Below the pieces are notes generated by a model. It ran no database searches. It saw nothing but the letters and a program-made list of their open reading frames with translations, and was not told the origin of the DNA. Made by a program: the position numbers and the translations under genes. Positions 52,712 through 62,300 of a stretch of DNA of 64,000 bases are shown one piece after another. Position 1 is the first letter of the stretch. Each line of letters opens with the position of its first letter. This DNA comes from Salinisphaera sp. UBA1666 (GTDB taxonomy: Bacteria; Pseudomonadota; Gammaproteobacteria; Nevskiales; Salinisphaeraceae). Location: the NCBI GenBank assembly GCA_002320455.1, contig DCKU01000186.1, positions 27,014 to 91,013 of the forward strand. Direction: 5' to 3'.

Positions 52712-54961
52712 CGTCCCAGCTGCGCACGCGTCAGCGAACAGGCGGTCTCGTCACTGCTGTTTATTGGTTCTTTTTTGATCTGCCCATGCGGCAGCGAACT
52801 GGCGGGGTCGACTTTACCCCATCCCGATGCTTTTCTGAGCTGCCTACGCGGCAGCGAACCAGGTACAGGTGTTGCCGTGCAATTGTCGGATTTTCTGAGC
52901 TGCCTACGCGGCAGCGAACCACGCGGCTGGCCTCTTGTGCGGTTGGGAAGTTTTCTGAGCTGCCTACGCGGCAGCGAACGGAAACCGTATTCAACTGGCT
53001 CAACGCCGTCTTTTCTGAGCTGCCTACGCGGCAGCGAACGACCGGCCAATCACCTGGCGCCTGATGAGTATTTTCTGAGCTGCCTACGCGGCAGCGAACC
53101 TGGCGATGTCTGACGCCGGCGAACACCTGTATTTCTGAGCTGCCTACGCGGCAGCGAACGCGGTTTCGCAGCGCGAGGCTGCCGCCGAGCATTTCTGAGC
53201 TGCCTACGCGGCAGCGAACGACATGACATCCAGCTTGGGCGCGCCGTCACTTTTCTGAGCTGCCTACGCGGCAGCGAACGCGCGTTTCAAACGATCCGAC
53301 AAGAAGGCCAATTTCTGAGCTGCCTACGCGGCAGCGAACGAAACGGTGAACCTATGGGACTAATTTTCGAATTTCTGAGCTGCCTACGCGGCAGCGAACG
53401 CCAGGTCGGCCATGGCGTCGGTGACGTCGGCTTTCTGAGCTGCCTACGCGGCAGCGAACATCGATTACGTCTTAGATGGATCCAGGCCCGATTTCTGAGC
53501 TGCCTACGCGGCAGCGAACAGCCATTCGAGCAGGGGAAGAATGATCGCGTCTTTCTGAGCTGCCTACGCGGCAGCGAACAGTAGATTGAAAGGTTGTCCG
53601 GCGCAGTGATCATTTCTGAGCTGCCTACGCGGCAGCGAACTGCGGGCAGCTTGTCGATATCGATGGCGTTTATTTCTGAGCTGCCTACGCGGCAGCGAAC
53701 GCGATCACGGTTTACTTGACCAATCCCCGAGATTTCTGAGCTGCCTACGCGGCAGCGAACAATGATCGTAGCCACGTTGGCCTCGTTCAGCATTTCTGAG
53801 CTGCCTACGCGGCAGCGAACAGCCGTGGCATGTCCCCGCTGCGCGTCATTCATTTCTGAGCTGCCTACGCGGCAGCGAACGGTTTGTCGGTGCTGGCGAC
53901 CGTTTCGCCGGTTTTCTGAGCTGCCTACGCGGCAGCGAACGCGGGAATGATGAACCCGGCACCGAACGCTGTTTTCTGAGCTGCCTACGCGGCAGCGAAC
54001 TCGCCCTTTGAATGGGTGCCGTAATTCGCAAATTTCTGAGCTGCCTACGCGGCAGCGAACTGATCCTTCGTATCAGCATGTCCAAGCTGCAATTTCTGAG
54101 CTGCCTACGCGGCAGCGAACCCCCGCTACTGGGCGAGGAGATGATTGACACATTTCTGAGCTGCCTACGCGGCAGCGAACGCCAGGAGGAAATCAATCCC
54201 GCGATGCCTATGTTTCTGAGCTGCCTACGCGGCAGCGAACGGATCGAACGCTTCACCTTTCCGCTTGATATATTTCTGAGCTGCCTACGCGGCAGCGAAC
54301 GGTTCGACGGAAATGATCGCTCGCTTCTTAGAGTTTCTGAGCTGCCTACGCGGCAGCGAACTCGGACTCGGCGGATAGCTCGGCCCGCATTGTTTTCTGA
54401 GCTGCCTACGCGGCAGCGAACCGTGCGCGTGCGGCCGGACAACTACGACAACTTTTCTGAGCTGCCTACGCGGCAGCGAACACGGGCGTGATCACGCTGG
54501 CCAACTTCCCGGTTTTCTGAGCTGCCTACGCGGCAGCGAACATGCTTGAGATGCGCGATGCGCTGAGCCCCGATTTCTGAGCTGCCTACGCGGCAGCGAA
54601 CGAGCACTGCAGCGCTCACGCTCGCCGCCCCATTTTCTGAGCTGCCTACGCGGCAGCGAACCGATCCGCTGCGCCGTCATTGGCACGGAATCGTTTCTGA
54701 GCTGCCTACGCGGCAGCGAACCGTCTTCTGCCGTGATTGTCTGATAACCAAACTTTCTGAGCTGCCTACGCGGCAGCGAACACGACGGCAGTGAACGAGC
54801 CCAAGGCGGAGCTTTTCTGAGCTGCCTACGCGGCAGCGAACTGCAGCCGGTCGGCGCGCTCGGCCGCCTCGCTTTTCTGAGCTGCCTACGCGGCAGCGAA
54901 CTTCCTACAGCTCGTCGCGTAATCAATCAGACATTTCTGAGCTGCCTACGCGGCAGCGAAC
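52712..54961 (-). CRISPR. Type I-F CRISPR array, repeat GTTCGCTGCCGCGTAGGCAGCTCAGAAA (28 nt); 36 identical repeats (52832-54961) plus 2 degenerate trailer repeats; 37 spacers of 32 nt (two of 33 nt)
   Basis: 60-nt periodicity directly visible; CTGCC/GGCAG Cas6f hairpin; leader on the cas side, degenerate repeats at the far end. Confidence 0.99.
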
Positions 54962-55090
54962 TAGAGCGAAAACTTGCTAAGTATCTGATTTATTAAAGAA
55001 CACTCCGACTCTGCTGTGCTAACCCTTTTTATGAGCGCCGCTTCTAAGTGCTTGATTCAAGGCGCTTAGAAATGGCACCGCAAAAAAGGG
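54962..55090 (-). promoter_or_regulatory. CRISPR leader with two IHF-like sites and flanking inverted repeats
   Basis: Minus-strand AATCAGATACTTA (54978-54990) and AATCAAGCACTTA (55045-55057) versus consensus WATCAANNNNTTR; CCCTTTTT (55023-55030) and AAAAAAGGG (55082-55090) inverted repeats typical of I-F leaders. Confidence 0.85.
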
Positions 55091-55660
55091 TCAGAACCAG
55101 GGCACGGTAGCCTCCGGGCTCAGGCCGTAGCTGTTGAATTGCCCCGGCTGCGGTGCGGACTGCTTTGGGCCGTGTTCGATAAACAAGCAAAAGCGTTGCC
55201 CGGTGCTAGTGCTTCGGACTTGGATGAAGGGCAGGCAGACACGTTGCTCGACGCTATCGGGAATTGCCTCGATCGCTTCGGCTTCGGATACGCCGTGTCG
55301 ACGCATCCGACGACGACGCAGGCGGTCGACGTTGGTTTTGAACTGTCGGCGCCGGACGGTGCGATATTCGGCGTCCGCCGGCACGCGTGAGACGTCGGCG
55401 ACCTGCACGTGATCGTGCATGCCTTTGAGCCAGTCGGTGGCCATGAGCTGTTCCAGCCGTTCGGCCGTACCGTGCAGCCGCAAGATGTCGCCGGGCTTTC
55501 GCGCCCGAACGCCGGTTTGGTGTGTTGGTAGGCTCACGCCGATATCGTCGGCTTCGAGTTCAGCGAGGCCGCGATGGAGTTTGCTGTACAAGGCGCCCAT
55601 GAGCATGGGTGCCGGAAACTCCGGATCGAGGCGCAGGCAGAGTTCCAGATAATGGGTCAT
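55091..55660 (-). CDS. cas6f: Type I-F crRNA endoribonuclease Cas6f/Csy4
   Basis: DPEFP..LM..LYSKLH, IGVSLP, LRLHG, WLKGM.DH, Arg-rich helix, STGQ.F.LFI, FNSYGLS..ATVPWF. Confidence 0.96.
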   Translation of the reverse strand: MTHYLELCLRLDPEFPAPMLMGALYSKLHRGLAELEADDIGVSLPTHQTGVRARKPGDILRLHGTAERLEQLMATDWLKGMHDHVQVADVSRVPADAEYRTVRRRQFKTNVDRLRRRRMRRHGVSEAEAIEAIPDSVEQRVCLPFIQVRSTSTGQRFCLFIEHGPKQSAPQPGQFNSYGLSPEATVPWF

Positions 55661-55662
55661 GA

Positions 55663-56697
55663 CTAATCGGCCTCCCCGAAGACACCGCCGCGGATGAGCG
55701 TGGCCATGACGAAATGCTGTTGTTCGACGGTGGGTTTGTCGTCCTTGAGCATCCAATTGTCGAGCAGGCTGTAGAAATCCATCTTGGCCTTGGGCTGGCG
55801 ATACGCGGTGCCCTGAGTCGTGACTGAGCCGTAGGGCTCGACCGCGATGGGGCCGAGTTCTTTCTCGCCCGCTGCCGGATACCAGGTATCGACCGTGCGC
55901 AAGGCGTTGCCAATTTTCTGCGAGTGCATGGCAGCGACTTCGCCGACGGTGTATAGGGTCTTGGATTTATCGCCGCGGCTGCGATCAAGAACCAGTTCCT
56001 GAGACGGGAACACTTCCTGACCGGCGCCTACACGCGCGAAGGCCACGATGTCCAGCAAGACGTAGTGCTTGCCGGCCAGCCCTGCGGCAATCACCTCGGC
56101 CAGCGAATCGAGATTCTTCTGGTCATCGCCGCTGGCCTCGAAGCCGCGAAGGCTCAGGTTCTGGGCGTTGAATGACCACTCGGTCTGCGTTTCGCCCTGC
56201 GAGACATGACGAATCCGCACTTCGATATCTTCGGCTACGAGCCGGTTGCGCCACAGAAAACGAGCGTTGGCGAGGTTGTAGGCATAACGTGCCGCAAGCG
56301 TGGCGAAGCCTTGTTTTTCGACATAGTCGGCCACGGCGGATTCGAGCTTGGCTTCGTAGTTGGCGTTGTTGCAGGCCGAGGGCTTGCCGGCGCCGCCGAG
56401 CACGCGCAGCGTGAAGTGGGCCTTGAGGGTGTCGGCGTCATGCGGCAGCGTCGCGACGTCGACGGTCTGCAGGTTCGGGTTTTCGATTGCGGCATCGAGC
56501 TTGGCTGGATCTTGCTGGTTGGCCTTGAGCCGGTTGGAAATCGTGCCGCGGACTGATTTTTCGCGCACCGGCACGTAAGCCCATTGCTCGTGGCTGCCCC
56601 GATTGGCCCAGGCGCCGGCCTGGAATAGGGCATCGGACGGGTCGAGCTTGCGGTCAAAGGCAAGAACGGAAGCTTTGAGTTCGTCTTTCTTGGCCAT
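55663..56697 (-). CDS. csy3: Type I-F Cas7f/Csy3
   Basis: [68 protein letters not shown]. Confidence 0.97.
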   Translation of the reverse strand: MAKKDELKASVLAFDRKLDPSDALFQAGAWANRGSHEQWAYVPVREKSVRGTISNRLKANQQDPAKLDAAIENPNLQTVDVATLPHDADTLKAHFTLRVLGGAGKPSACNNANYEAKLESAVADYVEKQGFATLAARYAYNLANARFLWRNRLVAEDIEVRIRHVSQGETQTEWSFNAQNLSLRGFEASGDDQKNLDSLAEVIAAGLAGKHYVLLDIVAFARVGAGQEVFPSQELVLDRSRGDKSKTLYTVGEVAAMHSQKIGNALRTVDTWYPAAGEKELGPIAVEPYGSVTTQGTAYRQPKAKMDFYSLLDNWMLKDDKPTVEQQHFVMATLIRGGVFGEAD

Positions 56698-56709
56698 GAT
56701 GTTTCCCCT

Positions 56710-57672
56710 TTAGTTCGCGTGGTGTTTGGCGTAGTCGTTATTGAGTCGATAGGCGCCCTGGTCGAGATCGTTGTCGACATACCAGAGCAGGGCCTCCGGG
56801 CGGTTCAGCCGATGTGGGCTCACCCATTGGCCGATGGAGTAAAGGCTCTCGACAAAGCGAAACGGCGTAGTCGTGTCGCGTGCCCTGGCGACCCCGCCCG
56901 CCTCGTGTAGCGAGCCAAGTGCGCCGTAGCCGATCGGGATCGGGACATGCCAGCCGGGACGGCTGCGGATTTGCCACTGCCCGCGCGCCTCGTCGTCGTC
57001 GACGTGGTACTCGTGATGCAGGCGAGCGAAATCCAGCCAAGCGTCCAGCAAGCTCGCGTTGGCATTGTCTTCGCGCAGCTCGTCGAGCCGGCTGTGTAAT
57101 GCCGGTTCGTTGAGCACGAGCGTGAAACCCGGCAACAGCGCGTGTTTAAGCTTGCGAAAGGCTTGCTCGTAGTCGTGCGCGTCGTCGGACAGGGCGATCA
57201 GCCTCGGCTGTGAACGGCGATCGGTGCGGCTGTTACCGATGACGCTGCCGCCCGCCATACGCATCCCGTGGACGCGATCGTCGATACGCCGGGCCAGTTC
57301 GTCGCGGTCGGCCACGCTATCGGCGCAGCGGTCGCCGCTGACCGAGAACACCAGCGAGATCTCCATATGCATCCGGCCTTCCTCGGCAATAGCGGCGGTC
57401 TTGCCATCCTTGCCGACCGGATTACGCGTCAGGTGAAACTGTTGCAGGTTGTAGCCCGCCGACGACGACTGCACTTCATGCGAGTGACAGACCACGCCCA
57501 CGCCATCGAAGGCCAGCCAATCGTCATCGGGCAGCGCACGCTCGAGCGCATGCATAAAACCGACGAACGCGCTCATCGCCGGGAAACCCCAGGTCATGGG
57601 GCTGGAGATCGCATTCGCGTTTTGGATCTTCAGATAGGGCAGCACGAGAAGATGGCGCGGTTTATTCATCAT
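56710..57672 (-). CDS. csy2: Type I-F Cas5f/Csy2
   Basis: IQNANAISSP.TWGFP, LTRNP, EEGR.H, AGGSV, GW.VPIPIGY, RD..TPFRFVES..G.W.SPHR. Confidence 0.96.
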   Translation of the reverse strand: MMNKPRHLLVLPYLKIQNANAISSPMTWGFPAMSAFVGFMHALERALPDDDWLAFDGVGVVCHSHEVQSSSAGYNLQQFHLTRNPVGKDGKTAAIAEEGRMHMEISLVFSVSGDRCADSVADRDELARRIDDRVHGMRMAGGSVIGNSRTDRRSQPRLIALSDDAHDYEQAFRKLKHALLPGFTLVLNEPALHSRLDELREDNANASLLDAWLDFARLHHEYHVDDDEARGQWQIRSRPGWHVPIPIGYGALGSLHEAGGVARARDTTTPFRFVESLYSIGQWVSPHRLNRPEALLWYVDNDLDQGAYRLNNDYAKHHAN

Positions 57673-59020
57673 CGTCGATAACCTCCGCGAACCCGGCCAG
57701 TTCGGCTTGCAACTCGTATTGCCAGTCGCGATAGGCGGCGGCTAGCGTTGCCATGTTCTCGTCCCGAGCGGCCGATTTCGCGAAATGCCGATGCTCCGGA
57801 TCGCCCATGGCCAGCTTCCAGAAGTACTCGAGCCGCCCGTTGAGCCAGCGGCTGAAGTCTTCGCACACCGTGGAAAGCCAGTCGATATCGGCCATTTCCG
57901 CTCGAAAGTCGGCGTCTTCTGTGGCTCGAAAAGGATCGAGCCAGCACTGATGGGCGAAGGCGAGCCGGCAATGCCAGTCGTCAGTCCAGCCCGGCGGCAG
58001 TTGTTGCATTTCAGAGGTGAAGACGATCAGTTCGTCGACCAGGGCACGGGTGAGTTCGTCTCGCCGGTCACGGGTGCCCATGTTGGGTTCGGGATTGCCT
58101 GCTAGCAGCCGGCCAAGAGAACGTACATTCCGCCGAACATCTGGGCGCCGCCCGAACACTGTGAAGGCAGACGATCCACGAATCGGCGCGATATGTCGCG
58201 AGCGCCATGTCGGTGGCGCGCAGCTCAACAGATAACTGTTGCCGCCGCGTTCGCTGTTCAGTTGCGAGATGTTTTGCGGCTTGCTGCCACCGAAGCGTTG
58301 TACCGCCAGCCCGGGATAATCCACGAAGCCATGGTCGTCGGGGTGATCTTTCTTGCGTGCCTCTCGAGCCGCCTTGGCGTTGTCAGAAAACCGGTCGTCA
58401 TTGATCGTGCGAAAGACACGATGCGCTAGCGACGTGGCATAGAGCGGCGAAATCAGATGAAACGCGTCGTCGAGCGATGGGTCGTCGCCCACCAGCCAGT
58501 AGAGCTGTTTGCCGCGTTTGTGCGAAGACCATTCGCCCGAGGGCTCGGTAATGGTCGCGAAATCGCGCATCAGCTTGGCACCCGTGTCGGCGTCATCACT
58601 CAACGCTGCCGCGAGTTGTGCATCGCCTTGTTCGACCCGCTCCAGCAGCGTCTGGCCGTCGTGTTCCAGCTTGAGGAACTTGAATACATCGAGCGCGGCG
58701 GCGTTGCCGACTACATCCACCGTGAATGCATCGCCCAGCGCGTGCGTGCCGATGGTTTGCGACGGAGTGTCGGAGGCGGGCGGGGCGTAGAGACTGCTGC
58801 CCTTGGCATCCGGATGAACCGGCTTGAGCGAGTGGGTGACGACCTGGAGCTGAGAGACGCGTTGCGCTGCGTTGGCTAGCCAGGTGTCGTAGTTGAATTG
58901 CTCGGTGAGCTTTTGGTGTTGCGGGTCGTCGGGCGACAGCTTCTCGGTTTTAGCCGAAAATCGCTCGCCCAAGAAGCGCTCGATCGTTGATCGAAGCGAG
59001 TCCGCTTGGGTTTGGGGCAT
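57662..59020 (-). CDS. csy1: Type I-F Cas8f/Csy1
   Basis: THSLK..HPDAKG, DVVGNAAALDV, KQLYW, PLYATSL, GGSKPQNISQLNSERGG; GAGGAG RBS. Confidence 0.96.
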   Translation of the reverse strand: MPQTQADSLRSTIERFLGERFSAKTEKLSPDDPQHQKLTEQFNYDTWLANAAQRVSQLQVVTHSLKPVHPDAKGSSLYAPPASDTPSQTIGTHALGDAFTVDVVGNAAALDVFKFLKLEHDGQTLLERVEQGDAQLAAALSDDADTGAKLMRDFATITEPSGEWSSHKRGKQLYWLVGDDPSLDDAFHLISPLYATSLAHRVFRTINDDRFSDNAKAAREARKKDHPDDHGFVDYPGLAVQRFGGSKPQNISQLNSERGGNSYLLSCAPPTWRSRHIAPIRGSSAFTVFGRRPDVRRNVRSLGRLLAGNPEPNMGTRDRRDELTRALVDELIVFTSEMQQLPPGWTDDWHCRLAFAHQCWLDPFRATEDADFRAEMADIDWLSTVCEDFSRWLNGRLEYFWKLAMGDPEHRHFAKSAARDENMATLAAAYRDWQYELQAELAGFAEVIDDDE

Positions 59021-59059
59021 TTATTGAACTCCTCATTTGCACCTTTCTTATGGCAAACT

Positions 59060-59088
59060 GAGGCGCAGAGCAGTGATCTCTGCGCCTC
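59060..59088 (-). other. Perfect 11-bp stem-loop immediately after the mini-ORF
   Basis: Minus strand GAGGCGCAGAG-atcactg-CTCTGCGCCTC; only AGTTT follows, so not a canonical terminator. Confidence 0.8.
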
Positions 59089-59091
59089 GTT

Positions 59092-59133
59092 CTATGCGGG
59101 CCGCCATATTAAGACGGCATGCTCGCTAGACAT
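59092..59133 (-). CDS. 13-codon mini-ORF MSSEHAVLIWRPA (candidate CreT-like toxin RNA ORF or leader peptide)
   Basis: Perfect SD TAAGGAGG (59149-59142) 8 nt before ATG; tandem rare codons TTA-ATA; TAG at 59094-59092. Confidence 0.6.
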   Translation of the reverse strand: MSSEHAVLIWRPA

Positions 59134-59229
59134 GGCGCTTTCCTCCTTATCCAAATTGAACCGTTGGATTCGGCGCGACCGTGTAAAATCGCTGCTTGTC
59201 GCGGCGGCGCTGCAACGCCGCCGCAATTT

Positions 59230-59258
59230 AGTAAATCAGGAGTCCTAACTTTAGTCAA
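59230..59258 (-). promoter_or_regulatory. Predicted sigma70 promoter for the mini-ORF/csy transcript
   Basis: TTGACT (59258-59253), 17 bp, TGn-extended TTTACT (59235-59230); predicted start near 59224 coincides with the first base of a GC-rich 5' hairpin. Confidence 0.6.
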
Positions 59259-59280
59259 CCAGACTGTCGCTAGCTCAAAC
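59259..59280 (+). promoter_or_regulatory. CC-PAM plus 20-nt target site of the mini-array spacer
   Basis: CC-AGACTGTCGCTAGCTCAAAC versus spacer AGACTGTCGTTTGCTCAAAT, 17/20 identical. Confidence 0.8.
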
Positions 59281-59315
59281 TGAAGCGGGAATGCCCATTG
59301 TTTCGCTATCATCCG

Positions 59316-59391
59316 GCTGGCAGCCGCATAGGCTGCTCAGCAAAGACTGTCGTTTGCTCAAATGTTCGCTGCCGCATAGGCAGCCCTTAGC
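59316..59391 (+). ncRNA. crRNA-like regulatory RNA (CreA/CreR-like mini-array): variant repeat, 20-nt spacer, variant repeat
   Basis: GCTGGCAGCCGCATAGGCTGCTCAGCAA (59316-59343), spacer 59344-59363, GTTCGCTGCCGCATAGGCAG (59364-59383); both Cas6f hairpins intact; opposite strand to the cas genes and the main array. Confidence 0.85.
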
Positions 59392-62300
59392 GTTTTTTGA
59401 AGCCGAGCCAGGGATGGCTTAACCATCCCTGGCCTGTTTCGTCATCCCCTCTGAGCTGCAACGTGCCGAACGTCCGCGCGCAGGCATCCAGCGCCATGTC
59501 CCGATCGTCTGCCAGCCGTTGTAGTTCGGTCATGTAGTCGACGTTGGCCCACGGGCTGATGCGCTCGGCCCGCAGCTCGGCATCCGGCACGCGCTCATTG
59601 AAGCGTTGCTCGACTTCCGTCTCGATCGGCGGGCCTTTTTTCTGTTGCTCCGTATGCACCAGTCGGTAGTCGGTGTCGTCTTCGTCCGGCAAGAGGACGA
59701 GGTCGATCGTCGCGCTGTGTTGTTTTCGGAACCGCTGCTGTTGGGGAAGCACGCCAGTCAGCCACAGCTCCGGGCGGCTATAGGCACTGTGGGCCGCCAG
59801 CTCTGGCGGTTCGGGTTTCAGCAACGCGGCGCGGCGGCCCCGCGAGCGATTGGCCGTCGGTGATGAATTCGCGCTGACGTTGGGCGCGAGTAGCGCGGCG
59901 GCCATGCGGGCGTGTTCCAGATCGGTCAGGCGGTGGCTTGGTTCCAGCGGCTCGCGTGCCGTGAGGCGCGGCCGGGAATCGATCACGTGGTATTCGTCGT
60001 CGCGGAGCAGGTCAGTAAGCCGGCGGCTGGTCAGATAGTGATCGCCATCCTCGAAGCCCGGGCGGACGAAAACGCGCTCGTTGGCCCCGCCAGCAACGGC
60101 CCGCCAATTACGGTCGAGCAACACGATATTGGGTTCGCCCACCGCGCCCACGCGATGACGACGCACGCGGCCGGCCAGCTGGATAATCGAGCGCATGGAG
60201 GACGGCTCGACCACCGCCCAGTCGTAGTCATGATCCCGGCCGACTTCGGTGACTGGCGAGCCGAGTACGATGAACAGCTGATCGGCTTCGGTGGCGGTGT
60301 CGAGGCGTCGTCGTATGTTGGGTAACTGATAGACCGCCTCCGGCACGTGTCGATCGAGCGCGTCGTCCAGCGTGCGCTCGATTGCCGCACGCGACAGCAG
60401 TGGGAATTGCGAGTGGTAGACACAGAGATGGATGCGGCAATCGGGCGGTGCGTCACTGGCATATATCGCGCGGGCGACGTCGAACAGCGGGCCGATATTG
60501 GCCATGCGGATCAGGCCGAAGCTCACGCGATGGCCGGTCGCGCTGTCGGTTTCGTGGTGTCGGTCGTGCAACCTGCGCGCCTCGGTCACAAGCTGCTCGG
60601 CGAATTGCTGCGGTAGTTGGCGGCGCTTGGTCGGGGTGAAGGCGATGGGCGTGATCTCGCCGCGCCGCCGAACGGTGTCGCCGGCGAGCTCGTTGGCGCG
60701 CTGCCTGGCGAAGTCGTCATGAGCCGCCCGAAAACGTGCTGTGTCAGCACAGTCCACTTGTTGTCGGTCGTGTTCGTCGAACCAGGCACAACAGATGTCG
60801 ATGGCCTGGCCCGGTTCGCCGCGGTTCTTTTGGAATTCCGCCCGGCCGGATCGATAGGCACGAAACAAGCCTTCGACCATGGCCGGCGGCAGCGTGGCCG
60901 AGGACAGCACCACGCGGGAACCGAGCAGGCCGGCCCAATATACGAGTCGCGTGAGTGCGGGCATGTCGGCCATGCCGAAATCGTCGGGCTCGTCCAGGAT
61001 CAAGTCCGCGCTCATCAGGCGCAGCATGGGCGCGATCTGCTGCCCGCCGCGCAAACTTTCGGTAGCCGGCATGAGATGGTCGATCGTGCAGACCAGAATC
61101 GGCGCGCTGAGCAACGAGCGGGCGTGGGACGATTCGATAACCTTCGACAGCAACGGATGCTGATCGAGCTGGCCGTCGTAGTGCACGTAGCTGTCGCTAT
61201 CAAGCAGCGGTTCGGCCGAGGCGGCACCGCGCGCGTCGAGTTCTGCCTGGCGTTGTGCGAACAGAGCGCGCGTGGCCTGGCCGCCGACGCGAACCGCCAG
61301 ATGATCGCTCGATAGATTGAGATCCCGCCGGTAGGTGTTGCCGGTCTGCAGCGTCAGCGTGCGCAGGCCGAGCGCGATGGTAAAGCGAGTGCCACGGTCG
61401 GGATCAGCCAGCGCATAGCAGATGCGGCCGTTGGCCAGCGTCTTTCCGCAGCCGGTCGAGGCCATGTTGACGCCGAAAAACCCTTGTCTGTCGCTGCGCT
61501 CTCGCAGCGATGCGGATAGATCGAACGCCCGATCCTGCCACCGAAAGCGCGGGTTGGCGCTGCGTTTGCGAAAGCCCTTGTGGCGCGCGATGCGAGGTAG
61601 AGCAGCCACCATGTCGGGCAGCCGATGGGTAATTTCGCCGACCTCGCGAGTAACACCCAACAGGTGATCATCCAGCCGTTGGGCGAGCCGTCCGCTCTTG
61701 TCGGTATTCGCGAACAGCGGGTAGTCCGGGTCGCCCGCGGTCGGGCGGGTTTGCGCGTGATTGCTTTGGCTGGAGTAATGATGGTCAGCCAGCATCAGGC
61801 TCAAGCGCGCGATATGCAGCGCGAAGACGTTGTCCGGAGCCACGTGACCGAGCGCGGTGTGACGATCGAGTGCCTGCCTGGCGAGCCGTCGCGCGCGTTT
61901 TTTCCACGCGTTGCTGCGTGACGGTAAGCCCTCGGGGAAATGCCAGTAGGGGGCAATGATTGTCCGGTCGCGGGGCGCATCGATCTCGTTCCAGGCCGCT
62001 TCGATGCCGCCGGGCAACGTGGGTAACGAGGCGGCGTTGATATGGGTCGCGGCGCGACCGATCGGTTTTTGCTCGCCGTCGTCCCCAATGCTCGGAACCA
62101 CGGGCAGGCGGTGGTGCGACAGGATCAACCAGGCGACGATTTTTGCGAACGCCGGCAAACCCGTCATCGGCAGCGGCGCCGCATCATCCATACCGTCGCG
62201 GATCAACCCATCGAGCCAGCCTTGTTCGTCGATGAGGTCTGGCTCGAATAGCCGATTGAGCCAGCCTTGGTCGTCATCGCTGCCAACGAAAGCCTGAAAC

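Noticed and set aside
52690-54926. ORFs with periodic SLPRRQLR / FLSCLRGSE / VRCRVGSSE motifs
   Set aside because: Translation artefacts of the 60-nt CRISPR periodicity.
59006-59312. ORFs 59006-59248 (+) and 59109-59312 (-) in the cas3-csy1 gap
   Set aside because: No RBS or recognisable domain, and they run across the promoter, target and hairpins; the RNA-level explanation fits better.
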